Shown: positions 48,892-62,052 of the stretch, piece by piece
How the letters are laid out: every line of letters starts with the position of its first letter
How positions within the stretch are numbered: position 1 is the first letter of the stretch
Translations under genes and position numbers: made by a program
From: Ruditapes philippinarum
Lineage: Eukaryota
DNA: 64,000 nucleotides
Assembly: GCF_026571515.1 (NCBI RefSeq)
Contig: NW_026859592.1
Span: 124,001 to 188,000 of the forward strand
Reading direction: 5' to 3'
The notes under the pieces: model-generated
Database searches by the model: none
What the model was told of the DNA's origin: nothing
The model's input: the letters and a program-made list of their open reading frames with translations, nothing else

Positions 48892-51800
48892 GTTTCACAC
48901 TTTATATAACCAAAGTAAAATATACAATTCTGTTGTGTTTATTAATATTATCATATAATGTTATTATTTTTTTCACTATCATCACTTACTTCCATGTCAG
49001 TTAACCACTTTAAATTAACCAGTGATTAGTATATTTTTCTAAGTTTTATGTCATTAACAAACAACAAAGACTATCAAGGGACTCAAGTGTCAGGAAATTT
49101 ATGCTTCCGCTCTTTTAATTCTTCCTTTCGTGAAATATAAAAAGCAACATTTATTGTAACAGATTTATACTCACTAATGTAACAATGTAGAATTGTCTTA
49201 CATTTCATGATTTTACAAGAAGTTAACATCATGTTTACATAAGAGGTCTTTAATATCTCCTGCATTATTTAAATAGAGCAGAATGTACAATGTCTTCTTT
49301 TTCTGTCTCCTGATCATGACCAAATTATTTAGCTTTTGTTAACAGGAATAAAATTATTAATATTTCTTCAGACGGCTGAAGTAACACATCCATATGTCCA
49401 TTAGGGAACTTGACTGATGAGCTTGTACATCCAAAGATATTATAACTTATTATACTGTTTCTATGTTAAAGTTAAATATGTATACCAGTATGTGATAACT
49501 GTCCTTGTATTAATAACATGATTGTCCAACTGTCAATTGCTGTACATCATTATTCAGCATCTGGATCGTTACACATATTCTGTCTACTGCCGCACAGAAA
49601 TTAAAAGTCATTTAAAGTCGACATCTTTCTTGTTTTCGTTGATATGTATCAATATTTTCCACTTTTGATGAGTGTACAAAAGTCAATTTAATTTTTAAGA
49701 TCCAATAATTGACAATAAACCAAAAAGCTGAAAGTTCATAACTATTATTTAAATCGAATATGGCATCCATGAATGAACAATAAATGCGGCAAGAAATCTA
49801 CACATTTTAATCCAATAATGAACAATCTAATTTTGTTTAGACAATATTCCGTGTAGGTGTGTGAAACACAACACAGAAATTAAATATTCACCAAAAAACC
49901 CAACTTCTCTCTCAAAGTAATGAAATATTCATCTGCTGATATTCTATTTTCTCCCAAATTAGACACATTTGACTTACAGGAATGTAACAGGACATCCACG
50001 AAATAATCAACTAGTAAGAGTGAAAATGTCACATACATGCTCCTACAGTACACTGATTGACATGAATGATATATTCACAGGCACATTCTGCTGTATAATG
50101 TAAAACAAAGAATTTTAGCAATTGTTTCAATTTTGTCCACTGGACTGGTCATGCATAAATACAAATTTCCTGTGGTCAGTTTAAGCAGTCAATTGTTTCA
50201 GGTTCTTTTTATAACCACTGTGATACTGTCAAAGGTCCACGATACAGAGAAAGTTCATTTATTCTGAAATTCACAATAATCTAGAAATAAGTAGATACAT
50301 TCCCCAATTATTTATTATCTATCCACAGCTTAATAAAGAGGTAATTGGATATTTTAAGGTATTGTTTCCTTAACAGTATTTAACTATCAATTCTGTAAAA
50401 ATCAGCGTTATGGTAATAGTTTTTTTGTAACTGAATCACAAATGGCCAGGTAATTGCCCCTAGTACAAAGGATATATCACTTAATTTAGCCATATAAGAC
50501 CTTAAACGAGATTATCTCCCATGTCCACATAATAAATTTTTTATTATTAAATATGCTACAAGCAAAGTTTTCTTTTATCATTCAGTGCCATAATTCTAAT
50601 ATAATAAAACCCCCCCCCCCCCCCTCTGTTAACATACCCGCTAGTTTAGAAAACAAAATTTTGAAACATTTATAATGTGGGCACTATAAATCTTGACAGA
50701 ATTGTCTCATTAATGCCCTTGTCATTTTACCAGACCCACTGATGATAAAAATAAAATAACAATCTGCCTGTAACTGGATTTTTCTTCAGAGAACCACTTG
50801 CTGCCTGACTTGTGCCATTCTCTTGTACTACACACCCCCCCCCCCCCCACACACACACACAGAGCAAAAGTAACAAATGCTCAGGTTTAAAAATACAGTT
50901 AAGACTTTGAACACCTATATATCCTGCTAACAATATTAGAAAGCACAAGGTAACAACTACATGCATGCTAGTTATGATGAATGGTTGGTTAATTACTGGA
51001 ATCTCTCCAGACTTTAACATCAATGGAGGAAAACTGAGAAAATTTAGCAATAGTATTCCAGGCATGTAAACACCCTGATTTACCGAGAAATTTGACTCCT
51101 TCTGGTAAAAGTATTTTCAACCTATCAAACTTTCAGGGAATATCTTGAACAAAGAGATTCTCCTTTTCATCCTGTTTTATTTTAGTTAATAAGATTGGCT
51201 GAAATTTTTGATATAATATGGCTATTAATGATTGATAATTCAAAAGTTTAAGGAAATCATGAAAGTACATTATGCATGACTGATTTCAAACAATTTAAGG
51301 ATGATACTATATGTATATTTAGATCTTATTCAATTAATGCCATTAACACTTTGTCACTTAAATTTCTGAGACAATAATACTGAATGTGCCTAACAAAATT
51401 GCATCTTCGGAACTTAGATCATAACCCGACATGACAAAATAAGCATACGGTACCTTACAACAGACTAACTGGTGTCCTGGGCCTTATCTCACAATTACGT
51501 TACATTTAAATTAATCCAGGTAGATACAATTTACTTGGTTTTACTTCTAATGACCATTTGTTCCACCCCTTTCTCCTATTTCATATTCCTTATATTTTTA
51601 ATGAAAAGTTAAAACGTACTGTGTATTATCTTAAATAACAAAACAGAGGGCCCCAAATGCACTGTATTGGCAGTGGTTACATTGAATCTGAAAATATATT
51701 CTGACTCAGTTCCAAGGTCATTTTTATCTCAGTAATCAGACAGGGCAAACAAAGAAGCCTGTCAATGTTATCTCTAGGTTCAGTTCAAGTTAAAAATCTG

Positions 51801-52024
51801 CTAATGCACAGAATATTGATTCATTATAAAATGTCTTCATTGATAATGATCAATGTACCTCATCAATAATTGATTTCTTTATTCGCAAACATACCTCAGA
51901 TAGTTTACACGCATTCATGTTTTTATTTTGAAATTATCCAATAATTCCACAACTTAACGTCCACTAATCCCCACACACTTTCATTTTAAAACTAGCTTAA
52001 TTGTATAAAGGATACGGCTTATAC

Positions 52025-52233
52025 CTGCGTCTTTTCATCTCTAGATTAAAAGAACATCTTACTTTATGTATATGCAAGTTCAAATGTTTTACTTTCATTA
52101 TTGAGAATTCATGTATACTGTACAATAATGGTTCTTGTAAAAATTCACAAAGAATTTGGATAGTTATCAAAATCATGTTGAAACTAATATGCCACTCAGA
52201 ATAACTTGGCAGATGAAAACACAAAAATGTCAT
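52025..52233 (-). CDS. Weaker candidate first exon ending ...LEMKRR-R
   Basis: Open frame of 69 codons with several in-frame ATGs, ending CGC AG|gtataa, phase 2; composition not clearly coding. Confidence 0.3.
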
Positions 52234-54124
52234 AATTATACTGTCAAAGGAAGACAAATCAAATCTTCATTTGAAAAATAAATCTATGATATTGAAAACA
52301 AAATGAAAATTCTGTCTTTAAATAAAATTCACAACACAAAAAAAAATCTGTCATTTTATATGTTTTCATACATTCATGAATTATACAAAGTTTCCTCTAC
52401 ATGAACAAGGATTCCCAAATTCCCAATAAATCAACCTGTGAAATTAAACACCTTTGCAAAATTTATACAAATTTCATTAGGATGCATTTACAGATTCATT
52501 GATTTCCAATATCCGTAAAAACATATTACTGTCTGGTTAACTTTTGAAAAATAAATTTCATGCATTTAATTTGGTATAAGCACAATTGCACAGGTAAACA
52601 AGTAACATACTGAATAGTAACCATTACAATATAAAAACAATAAAAACAATACAGGTGTTCTTCTTTTCTCCATATATTTTCACCTGATATCTAATGTTAG
52701 TTTAGTTGTCAATTTATCATCATTGGTCTTTATTTTAAATAAAACTGTCTTTGAAAAGAGCTGAAATTCAAAATAGTTCACTCATTCCTAATACAACAGT
52801 GTTTTGACTTTCTGAATGTCTCAGTTTGTCATTACTGTATTGCCACTGTACTGTACGTAATAGTGTTACCAGATCTGGCAATACACTAACAATAAACATG
52901 ACACAAGACGGACAGGATATCAAGTTTTGTGGTGATTTCATAAGGAAGTATCGCAATAGTTTCCTTCTTAAATAAAACTTTCTGAATTCAGTACTTAGAT
53001 TAATATATTGCCAACACCTGGTACATTTTAAAATCTACTTCTAACTACTCAACACAGGTAGATCTTTCAATATATTACCATTTCACATTAATACATTCAT
53101 AGAAATTTTTGTATGTTCATTTCACTGCATAATAGATACATTAATTCACACCATTACTGTATTAACACAAGTAATATTCACTACAGAAATATAAAATCCA
53201 CTTACCATGAATATTAACAAACAACATTTGCTAAATGTACACTATAAAATCAAATTTCAATTTAATATCAAAATAACTTTCAGTTTAGCATGTACAATTT
53301 TGCAATTAAAAACCTCCAGTTTATCCCAGTGGCAAAAACAGCTTGTTAAACTCAACAACTATCAATATCTCCTCAAATATCCAGGCTAATGCATTGAACC
53401 TGATATTAATCATAAACATTGATTTCCTGCACTTTTCTCAACAAATCCTAAAGCAGGAAAATAAAACACAATTTAACTCCCTTTAAACTGAAAAAACATT
53501 TTCATGTGATAACACCTTTCTTGTTGTATATCATAAAAGTGTTTTAAAAACCACTTCTAATGATTTTTAATTTTTGTCACTACCGAAACATGCATAGGTT
53601 GACTAAAAGACAAATTACAAAAAAAAACTAGGTAAAAAAAACTAACCACTTGACATATAAAAGTTAGACAAGTTTATTTCTATACAATAAACTGTATATA
53701 TAATTTTCAAGATTTCCATCACAGCTGCCTTGTGTCTGTTCTCTAAACAATTCCTGCCAACCAATTGCTGTTGTTTACTTTTACTATAACTGTTCAGACT
53801 TTATACACTCTAAGATATACAATTTTCTACATAACATCTTATTTCTATATTATTGCTTCTAATATTTTCTCAAAAAAGAAAAATCTTAATGATTTCTTCA
53901 CCATTTGATATTAAAAAACAGATATTTCACAATACATTTGAAAGTTAAAATTTCATGGTATTATTCTATAGTTCTACGAGTATGAAAGCTGAAGTTATTT
54001 TATATATAAAATATATTCTAGTAAGTTCAACCTTAGCTACCATCAGGACCGCCAACGTTTCTTTAAATGATTCTTGCTAATAACATGCACACATTAGTCG
54101 GTGTTTAATTGAATCATGAATGAA

Positions 54125-54336
54125 TGTAAAATAGTTTTCATTATAATGAAATTAACAAATTCTATATCAAAAGTTTGAAATAAATGTAGGAATAAATTTA
54201 ATATAGCTTTCATTATAATCAAGTTAACAAATTCTAAATCAAAAGTTTGCAACCAATGAAGGAATAAATTTAATAAAGCTTTCTTCACAATTAAGTTAAC
54301 AAATTCTATATCAAAAGTTTGAAACCAATGAAGGAT
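54125..54336. repeat. 72-bp tandem repeat, about 3 copies
   Basis: ttaacaaattcta at 54152, 54224, 54296. Confidence 0.82.
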
Positions 54337-55049
54337 TACATCTTTTGTTAATACTTTTACATACATTTATCAGATCATATTACATGTACATGCCAGCACT
54401 ATGAAAAGGTTTTGACCTTCAGTATGTTTTACAAGTATTCTGATTACACTGACATCTCTAATTTATAAGCCTGATAAACTGTCCAATGACCTTTGCAAAT
54501 ATACACCAACTCTGAAGAACTGTTATTTTACAAGTTTTATAAAAGCACACAATATTGTTGCTATTCAGTATAACAATATAAAAACAAAATATAATTACCC
54601 ATAGTATTTTCCATCAATTCAAAGCAAATTATAAGAAAATTCTCCCTAAGATAAATCTCAGTATACATCTTCTAGATAATTATGTTCAAAGCTTGCTAAA
54701 GTGAAATACATCAGGCTTGGCTTATCAGGCCAGTGACCATACAGCTACTGTTTCAGAACACATTAACAAGGTTAATACGTACATGATTTACCTAAACCTA
54801 TCCTAAATTGATGTTGATGTAAGCTTTACTTTTCACCAGATTCTGGGTCACAGTAACTGTTTCATTCTATCATTAATTCAACAATAAAAAAATAACTGCA
54901 AAATTAAATGATTTGTACTATGAAATCTTAGAATTACATATTCCCACAATAGATAAGACAGTTCAAATGTTTCAACTAGCATGTCTAACAAATCAAACCT
55001 ACTCTTTATCATATTTAGTAGCCTAAATGAACTCAGATGGTCAACATAC

Positions 55050-55595
55050 ACATGTATGAGTTTAGTTAGCCTGCATAAACAGGGTATCAATAGCCTTCAT
55101 GAACTTATACAGAATCTGTTAGCCAGCATACACAGAAGCTGGATAGCTTACATACAGAGTCTGGTTAGCTTGTTCATACAGTTGGGTTAGCCTGCATATA
55201 GAATTTGTTTAGCCTACAGTGCACATACAGTCTTGTTAATCTAAGGCATATGTATACTGAGTATGGTAAACCAGTACCACACACACAGAGTCTGGTTAGC
55301 CTGCACACAGGGTCTGGTCAGTCTATATATATAGAGGTATACACATACTGAGTCTGGTTAACCTGTACTTCACACACAGAGTCTGGTTAGCCCGCACACA
55401 GGGTCTGGTCAGTCTATATATATAGAGGTATACACATACTGAGTCTGGTTTACATGTACTTCACATTATGTGACATACTGAGTCTGGTTAACCTGTACGT
55501 CACACACAGAGTCTGGTTAGCCTGCATATACTGAGTCTGGTTAGCCAGAACATAACCATCTGGTCAACTTACACATGTATAGAGTCTGTTCAGAC
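55050..55595. repeat. Compound minisatellite (gagtctggttagcctgca core)
   Basis: Many copies of the core with a higher-order duplication at about 55280-55460. Confidence 0.78.
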
Positions 55596-57526
55596 TGAAG
55601 AGTCAATAACACTCTATTTGTCTTTCTACAAAGAAACTGTAACTGAGAAAAACGACATAATCTAAAACTCATACCAAATGCTGCATCTGAATTAATGTGT
55701 GAGAATAACATTCAAAAGAGAACATTTATGATATTTAAAAAAATACTCCATTTAGTAAAATGATTCACTGTACCATACACCAACAGTTATATAAAAACAT
55801 CTACATGTACATGTTTTTCACTAACATTGATTTCAAAGTAAATTTGTTAACAACATACAAGATTTTCAGGACCATTGCTATCAGCTAATCAAGAGCATGT
55901 CTGCACCAACAATTGTAATTCAGGGTAAATTCTTTATCTTATGTTCATTTTATAATATTATATAAGGAAATTTTTAAAATTTCACAAGTAAAAAGTAGTT
56001 GAATATTCATAATGTATATTAAAATGTAAGGGGTAAATTAATGAAGAGCATTAAAAGAATCTGTAACAATTCTGTATTGTTTTGTGTTGAGAGATTAACT
56101 TAAACTGTATTAATTTAAGCACTCATTAATGTGATGTCATGATAACTCATACTGTTTATCTTCATGTTCATTAAAAAAACCAGACCTTTCCCAAGTAACT
56201 TCCATCTTGGCAGAAGAGATAGGTAAAGGCTAGTAGTAATTTAGTCAGGCAATTAAAGTTTTCCAAATAACTAACCTGACTGGTCTGTGAAAAATTAGCA
56301 ATCACCTTAGTTTCAGAAATGAAATGGCTGAATTTCAGATGGAACAGGAACTTTTACCTTGTATCAGGGAGTAGGATTACAAAATCACTGTTTAAGTCAT
56401 TACTCTTTAATTTTACTATCTGTTAATATTAAGTAAATGGCTTGTGGTTTTCTGGTCTTAAATTCTCTGATTGACTAGTCAGTAGTTGCATACAAAACAA
56501 AAATGCACCTTCTAGCACAGCTCGCCATGTTGCCCTCCAGATATGTTCACTTCTACCTCGTTACATGGTCTATTTTTCTGGTCAACCTTCTTAGGATTCA
56601 CTAAAATATAAAATAAACTGAATAAATACAAATCTTATTAAAGACATGTTTACAATGCAATGACTGTATTCTTAATTTTCATTTTTTTTATAAATAAAAA
56701 TTATTTCATTGGTTAAGTTTTTTTTGAAAACTGGTGGTGTTATCGCACACAAAAAATCTGACAGTCACTTTTATAAGGGGTATAAGATATATGGAATTGG
56801 CATAAATATTGAACACTTCAACATTCAAGTCTATAGCATCACCTTTATTTTGAGCTGGTTATTTTGCTGCACGCATTCTGTAAGTTGTATCAATGAGATT
56901 TCCATAATCTCAAATATGAATATGGCTGGCTGTAATTTCATGCATTAAGCATTAACTTTGTATAAGGTCTTAATAAATTCTATTTAAATTCTGCTCCCAA
57001 AAAGGTGTTTATGCTTGTCTAAAGGTTTTAGCATTGCAAATAAACAATCTGGGATGAATGTTGAATAAAACTTTGAAACTATGGTTCCAAACTTTGAAAA
57101 GATTGCTAAGCATTCAGTTTTTTAAAATCTTTTTGGGAATCCATATAATTCAAGATTTTATACCTACTTATGGTACCCTACAAAAACTGGCAGGAGTCTA
57201 GAGAAGGAGAACAAAGATATTTCTTAGGCTGACCAGCTTGATACCACTAGCAGCAAACAAGCACAGACCTATATAGCCAGAAACACAGCAAAAAAACACA
57301 GCAAATCTAGTAGTTATGGATGTAGCCATTACATTTCTAAAGAAATAACAAAATCATAAGTCCTGTAGGAGTTAGTCAATATCTGTTCTGGGAATTAACA
57401 TAACACAGTAAAAACCCATTCTAGTAATGGAATTTGAAAATTATATTCTTGAAGTAAATCACTGTTTTACCACTTACTCCAAATTTTAGAACATTTTGGA
57501 ATTTCCCATCTTATTTCAAAATTTAA

Positions 57527-58862
57527 GACAAGAGCACCGCTAGGCGGAGCATTATATGCCCAAAAGTGTTTTGTTTTTTTAGTAAGGATGAAGCATTTGT
57601 AAGACATGGGAATTAAATAAAGTATTACCTCCTTCAAATAGCAATCCTCCTATGAATGTTGAACATTGTGGGCCAAATGGAACTTAAGTTATACTCCGGA
57701 AACTGTTTTCAGTTTTAAGGTAATAGTGACCTTGAACTTTGACCTTGTGACCCCAAAATCAATAGGGGTGTTCTACCAAATATAGACAATCATCCTATGA
57801 AGTTTGAACACTGTGGGCCAAATGGAACTTAAGTTAGGATATGGAAACTGTTTTCAGTTCTAAAGTAATAATGACCTTGACCTTTGACCTCATGGCCCCA
57901 AAATCAATAGGGGTTCTACCCAATATGGACAATCATCCTATGAAGTTTGAACATTGTGGGCCAAATGGAACTTAAGTTAGGATGTGGAAACTGTTTTCAG
58001 TTTTAAAGTAATAATGACCTTGACCTTTGACCTCATGGCCCCAAAATCAATAGGGGTTCTACCCAATATGGACAATCATCCTATGAAGTTTGAACACTTG
58101 TGGGCAAAATGGAACTTAAGTTATGCTCCGGAAACTGTTTTCAGCTTTAAGGTAATAGTGACCTTGACCTTTGACCTTGTGACTCCAAAATCAATAGGGG
58201 TCTTCTACCTAATATGGAAATTCATCCTATGAAGTTTGAACACTGTGGGCCAAATGGAACTTAAGTAATGCTCCGGAAACTGTTCTCAGCTTTAAGGTAA
58301 TAGTGACCTTGACCTTTGACCTTGTGACCCCAAAATCAATAGGGGTCTTCTACCAGTGTTTTTTTTCTTTATATAACTACTACCCTAAAACGGTACTGTT
58401 CCCAATAGAAAATAGACATTCAAATTCCAATGTTTAAATTCCCAAAATGGCTGTTCAAAATTTCCACAAGGCCAAGTGATTTCTCTGAAATCATTTAAAT
58501 CCAACATATTCATATAAATCACCACACAATAGTTCAACCTGGACAGTGGAGGCAGTGTAGCTATCTTTATTCATGATGACTAATCTTATTTGTAGCTGAA
58601 AAAATGCATTAAAAAAATTCCCAATTTAAGTCAAAATAACGCATTTTTTCCCAATCAGCCTGGTACCGGCACCATTCCCAAAAAAGAGAAAAAAACACTG
58701 TGACTACCCAATATGGACAATCATCCTATGAAGTTTGAATATTGTGCGCCAAATGGAACTTAAGTTATGCTCCGGAAACCAAATTGCTAACGGCAGACGG
58801 ATGGACAGACGGATGCCAGGGGGTATAACATAATATGCCTGAAATTCTTTCGGGCATATAAA
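57527..58862 (-). mobile_element. HINE-like element with about 142-bp repeats, interrupted by a MITE
   Basis: acaagagcaccgc...gcggagc end, subTIR atatgccc, terminal hairpin atatgcctgaaa...tttcgggcatat, short GGAC/AGAC tract. Confidence 0.87.
58354..58700. mobile_element. hAT-like MITE (347 bp) nested in a HINE repeat unit
   Basis: TIRs CAGTGTTTTTTT; splits the unit sequence ttctac|ccaatatgg; only a partial TSD (ctac) is retained. Confidence 0.78.
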
Positions 58863-59724
58863 AAAGCAACAGGCTAACTAATTTATTGCAAACATTTTTG
58901 CACCATGAAGCTAAAAAGGTATTAAACAAGGTAAAAGTTTGTTTATACCGAGTGGATATTGGATAAGCTTGGAAAAATCCAAATCTGCCAAGTTCCAGAT
59001 AATATCTTTTTATTAACTGTTCTTAAGTTGTTATCCTCTGATATGATTTATGTTTATGACACCCTTTCCAAGGAAGTAGTCACCTTGCATGACTTATATG
59101 CACATGTCTGGGTCCCCAACATGGGATTGACATCAGTGGCAACTGGCAAAGCAATGAACAAGTTTAATCAAAATATTTTAATGTGCAAATGCTAAATTGT
59201 GGGACATTTTTGGTCTGTGTCAAAGAGGGGAGATTTTTCACAAATAAGCAACAAAATAACACAATATTGCATTATACAAAATAGTTTGACTTAAAACAAT
59301 TTATAGTCAGCTAGAAGAACAGGCCCAAAGGACAAATGGAGCATTACCGTAACACAACTATCTTCAAAAGTGATGATTTTGAAACTTTTGCCAGAAATAC
59401 AGCAAATCTATGGGTAAAAAGTTTGCCTGCACTTCACTGGAGGTAATTTTGGTTCCCTGTCCTACTATTTTTGAAGCACGCCGGGAATCAGTACCAGCAG
59501 ATCTATATTTCAAGAAGTGCCAGGAATCAGTATGATTTCAAAATAGTTCATATCCAAAACTGACCTTTGGAACACCTTGCTGATTATCACTACTCTGCAA
59601 ATGATTATGGCTAGTAAAAGAGGTCAGGTATTGCACTCTTGATGTCCAAAAATTTCAATGTCAACATTCTTGAAACAGACAATTTTCATTGAAATATTAC
59701 CGTTTAGGAAAATTGAAATAAAAT

Positions 59725-60591
59725 TAATTTGGGAGTGAAACGTCTGACTTTTGGTGTGAACCATCCCAATAGTAAAATGTCTGTCTACCCCGGTTTTGGT
59801 GGTCCCAAGTGGTGGTTTTACATAAGATTATTGTGCTAATTGTGCATATATCATCTAGTTGACAATAAGATATCACAACTGAATACACAGTAAACAGATT
59901 TACAGGATGAGCATGCTGATGCCCAACTGATGCTGAGACTAGAACTTTTTCAAAATGTTCATGAAATGTCAGAAAATGGCAATCCAGAAAATGTTACATA
60001 GATACTATCGCTTTAAATGTTTTAGAAATAACATAGTTTCCGATAGTTCTAATATCTAATTTACCTTTCTCGGTGAATACAGAACTACTTTTGCATGAAA
60101 TCAAGATGATATTTCAACTTTTTTGTCAACAAAGATTTCCATTTTAGGTTCAAACCAAAACGTACGTACATATCAGAATTCATCCAAATATTGATCACGT
60201 GATTATCTAAGTTGCTTACGACTAAAGCGTCTGGTCAGTTTACGTCATCTCGGCTAGGTTAGTGATCAAAGGGAAACAACTGACTAATCTCCACTTTTCT
60301 CATTGAGAACACAACCGTTTAACGCCTTACGCAATCTGTTTTCAACAGCATTAATTAAAAAAAAAATCACTGTAATGTCAAATATTTTCTTGTTATCATC
60401 AATAGTAGGAATATTTTTCATTTTCTCAGACATAACTTATCTTCATAGCTACTGTATTGATAAAAAATAATTATTCAAGTGTTAAAAATCATTCCTTATT
60501 AATTAAATGGACTAACAAATTTACATAAATCTTATTAGTGAACTTTGTGTTCTCTAATTTCAAAGACCACGGTGTCATGTATAAAGGAGCA
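59725..60591 (+). repeat. Local duplication, copy 1
   Basis: Colinear near-identity with 63141-64000. Confidence 0.92.
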
Positions 60592-60820
60592 TTAAACTAG
60601 ACATTATAACTTGATATAATCTCTCCAATTCAAAAAAAAATATGTGTACTTAGAAAATTTGAAACTTTATCATATATTCTACATATTTATTGTAGATGTA
60701 TATATATGATTTTCCAAATAAATTGGGTTCTACACTACCTGAAGAGAAAAAAAAATGATTAAGCCAATGATTTTAGTCTTTAACAACACTTTCTGTTTGG
60801 TGACTATGTCATATTGTACA

Positions 60821-61175
60821 TAAAGACCAATTATGCCCCAGAAATGCTGTTACTATTATTCTCAAAAGCTTTTTAATTTTGGTAATAGTTTTCAAAAAGT
60901 AACTTATTGACAAATTACCAGAACCAACTTTTGCTTCTGTTGCCTTTTGGCTCTTTGTACAGTTATAGTGATTAAGTATTTTGTAAGAAAATCAAAACAC
61001 TACTTTGTTTTACATCTATTTACATATTGCTACTTAATTATATGACAAATATTTTTCACATTCAGCACTGCTTTATTTAGCATGTAACATGCTCTTGAAC
61101 CATAAATGTTATTAAACTTGATGTTCTAATTTTATAAAGAAAGAAAAAATTATTAATTCTGGCATAATGTAACTA
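60821..61175. mobile_element. Degenerate Kolobok-like MITE, family of 17105
   Basis: taaagaccaattatgccccagaaatgct ... ggcataatgt; internal ttttgcttctgttgc shared. Confidence 0.7.
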
Positions 61176-61260
61176 AATAATTACATACAGACAAAAGCAT
61201 GACCCCCCACCCCCAACCTTCTAACCCTAATCTAAAAGCCTGCATTTTTTAAGCCCGTAA

Positions 61261-61600
61261 AGGCACATGCTGCCTCAGATACGAATAAATTTTTCCTTCT
61301 TTAGAAAGGGCACACATTTACTTTATAACATCGAAATAATGATACATGCTTAAAACAAAAAGAAAGTAGTGCTGAATGTGATATTACTTGTTATGAAAGT
61401 ACCAACATGTAAACAAAGTAGTATTTTTACTACCATATACAATAATAAACCACTACAACTGGACTAATTGCCCAAAAAAAAGCAACAGACGTAAAAGGGG
61501 GTTCAGGTAATTGGCCTATGAGAATTTATTTTGAAGTTATCACAGGACACCAAAAATAAAGTTTTGGAAAATAAAAGCATTACTTGGGCATAATGGCCCT
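61261..61600. mobile_element. Kolobok-like MITE in opposite orientation
   Basis: AGGCACAT ... GGCATAATGGCCCT|TTAA; internal gcaacaga.gtaaaag is the reverse complement of the family core. Confidence 0.72.
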
Positions 61601-62052
61601 TTAAATAAGTTTGCATTTATATATATATGTAGGGCTATACAAAAATATGGAAATGTTCTTTTTTCTTCATATTATTCTATTGGTTGGCATACACTTTTTA
61701 GATCAACAATAAAACTGGATAAATGAATATACTGTCTTATGAAAGCTAAAGTTTTTTCTTGTCTGACCTGCAATGCATTTTTAAGATGCTAGAAAATACT
61801 TAGCAAGTTCATAACTATATTGTAAAAAGTTGTTGCATTTATTAGCTGAAATAATAATATTTGCAGAATTGTAAGATAAATTCTATTTTTAGAATTTCAC
61901 TGTCAGTTATTATAGAAAAATCTGTTAGCTGATCGGAAAGAGGCAGTACGGGGATATTTAATCAGATAATAAGATAAAATTATATTAGATGATCCAATCA
62001 AGGTATATTTTAGTAAATCACAAGTAACAGGATAATTTTGTCATAAAAAAAG

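Noticed and set aside
61221-61232. Telomeric repeat ctaaccctaa
   Set aside because: Fewer than two full units; expected by chance.
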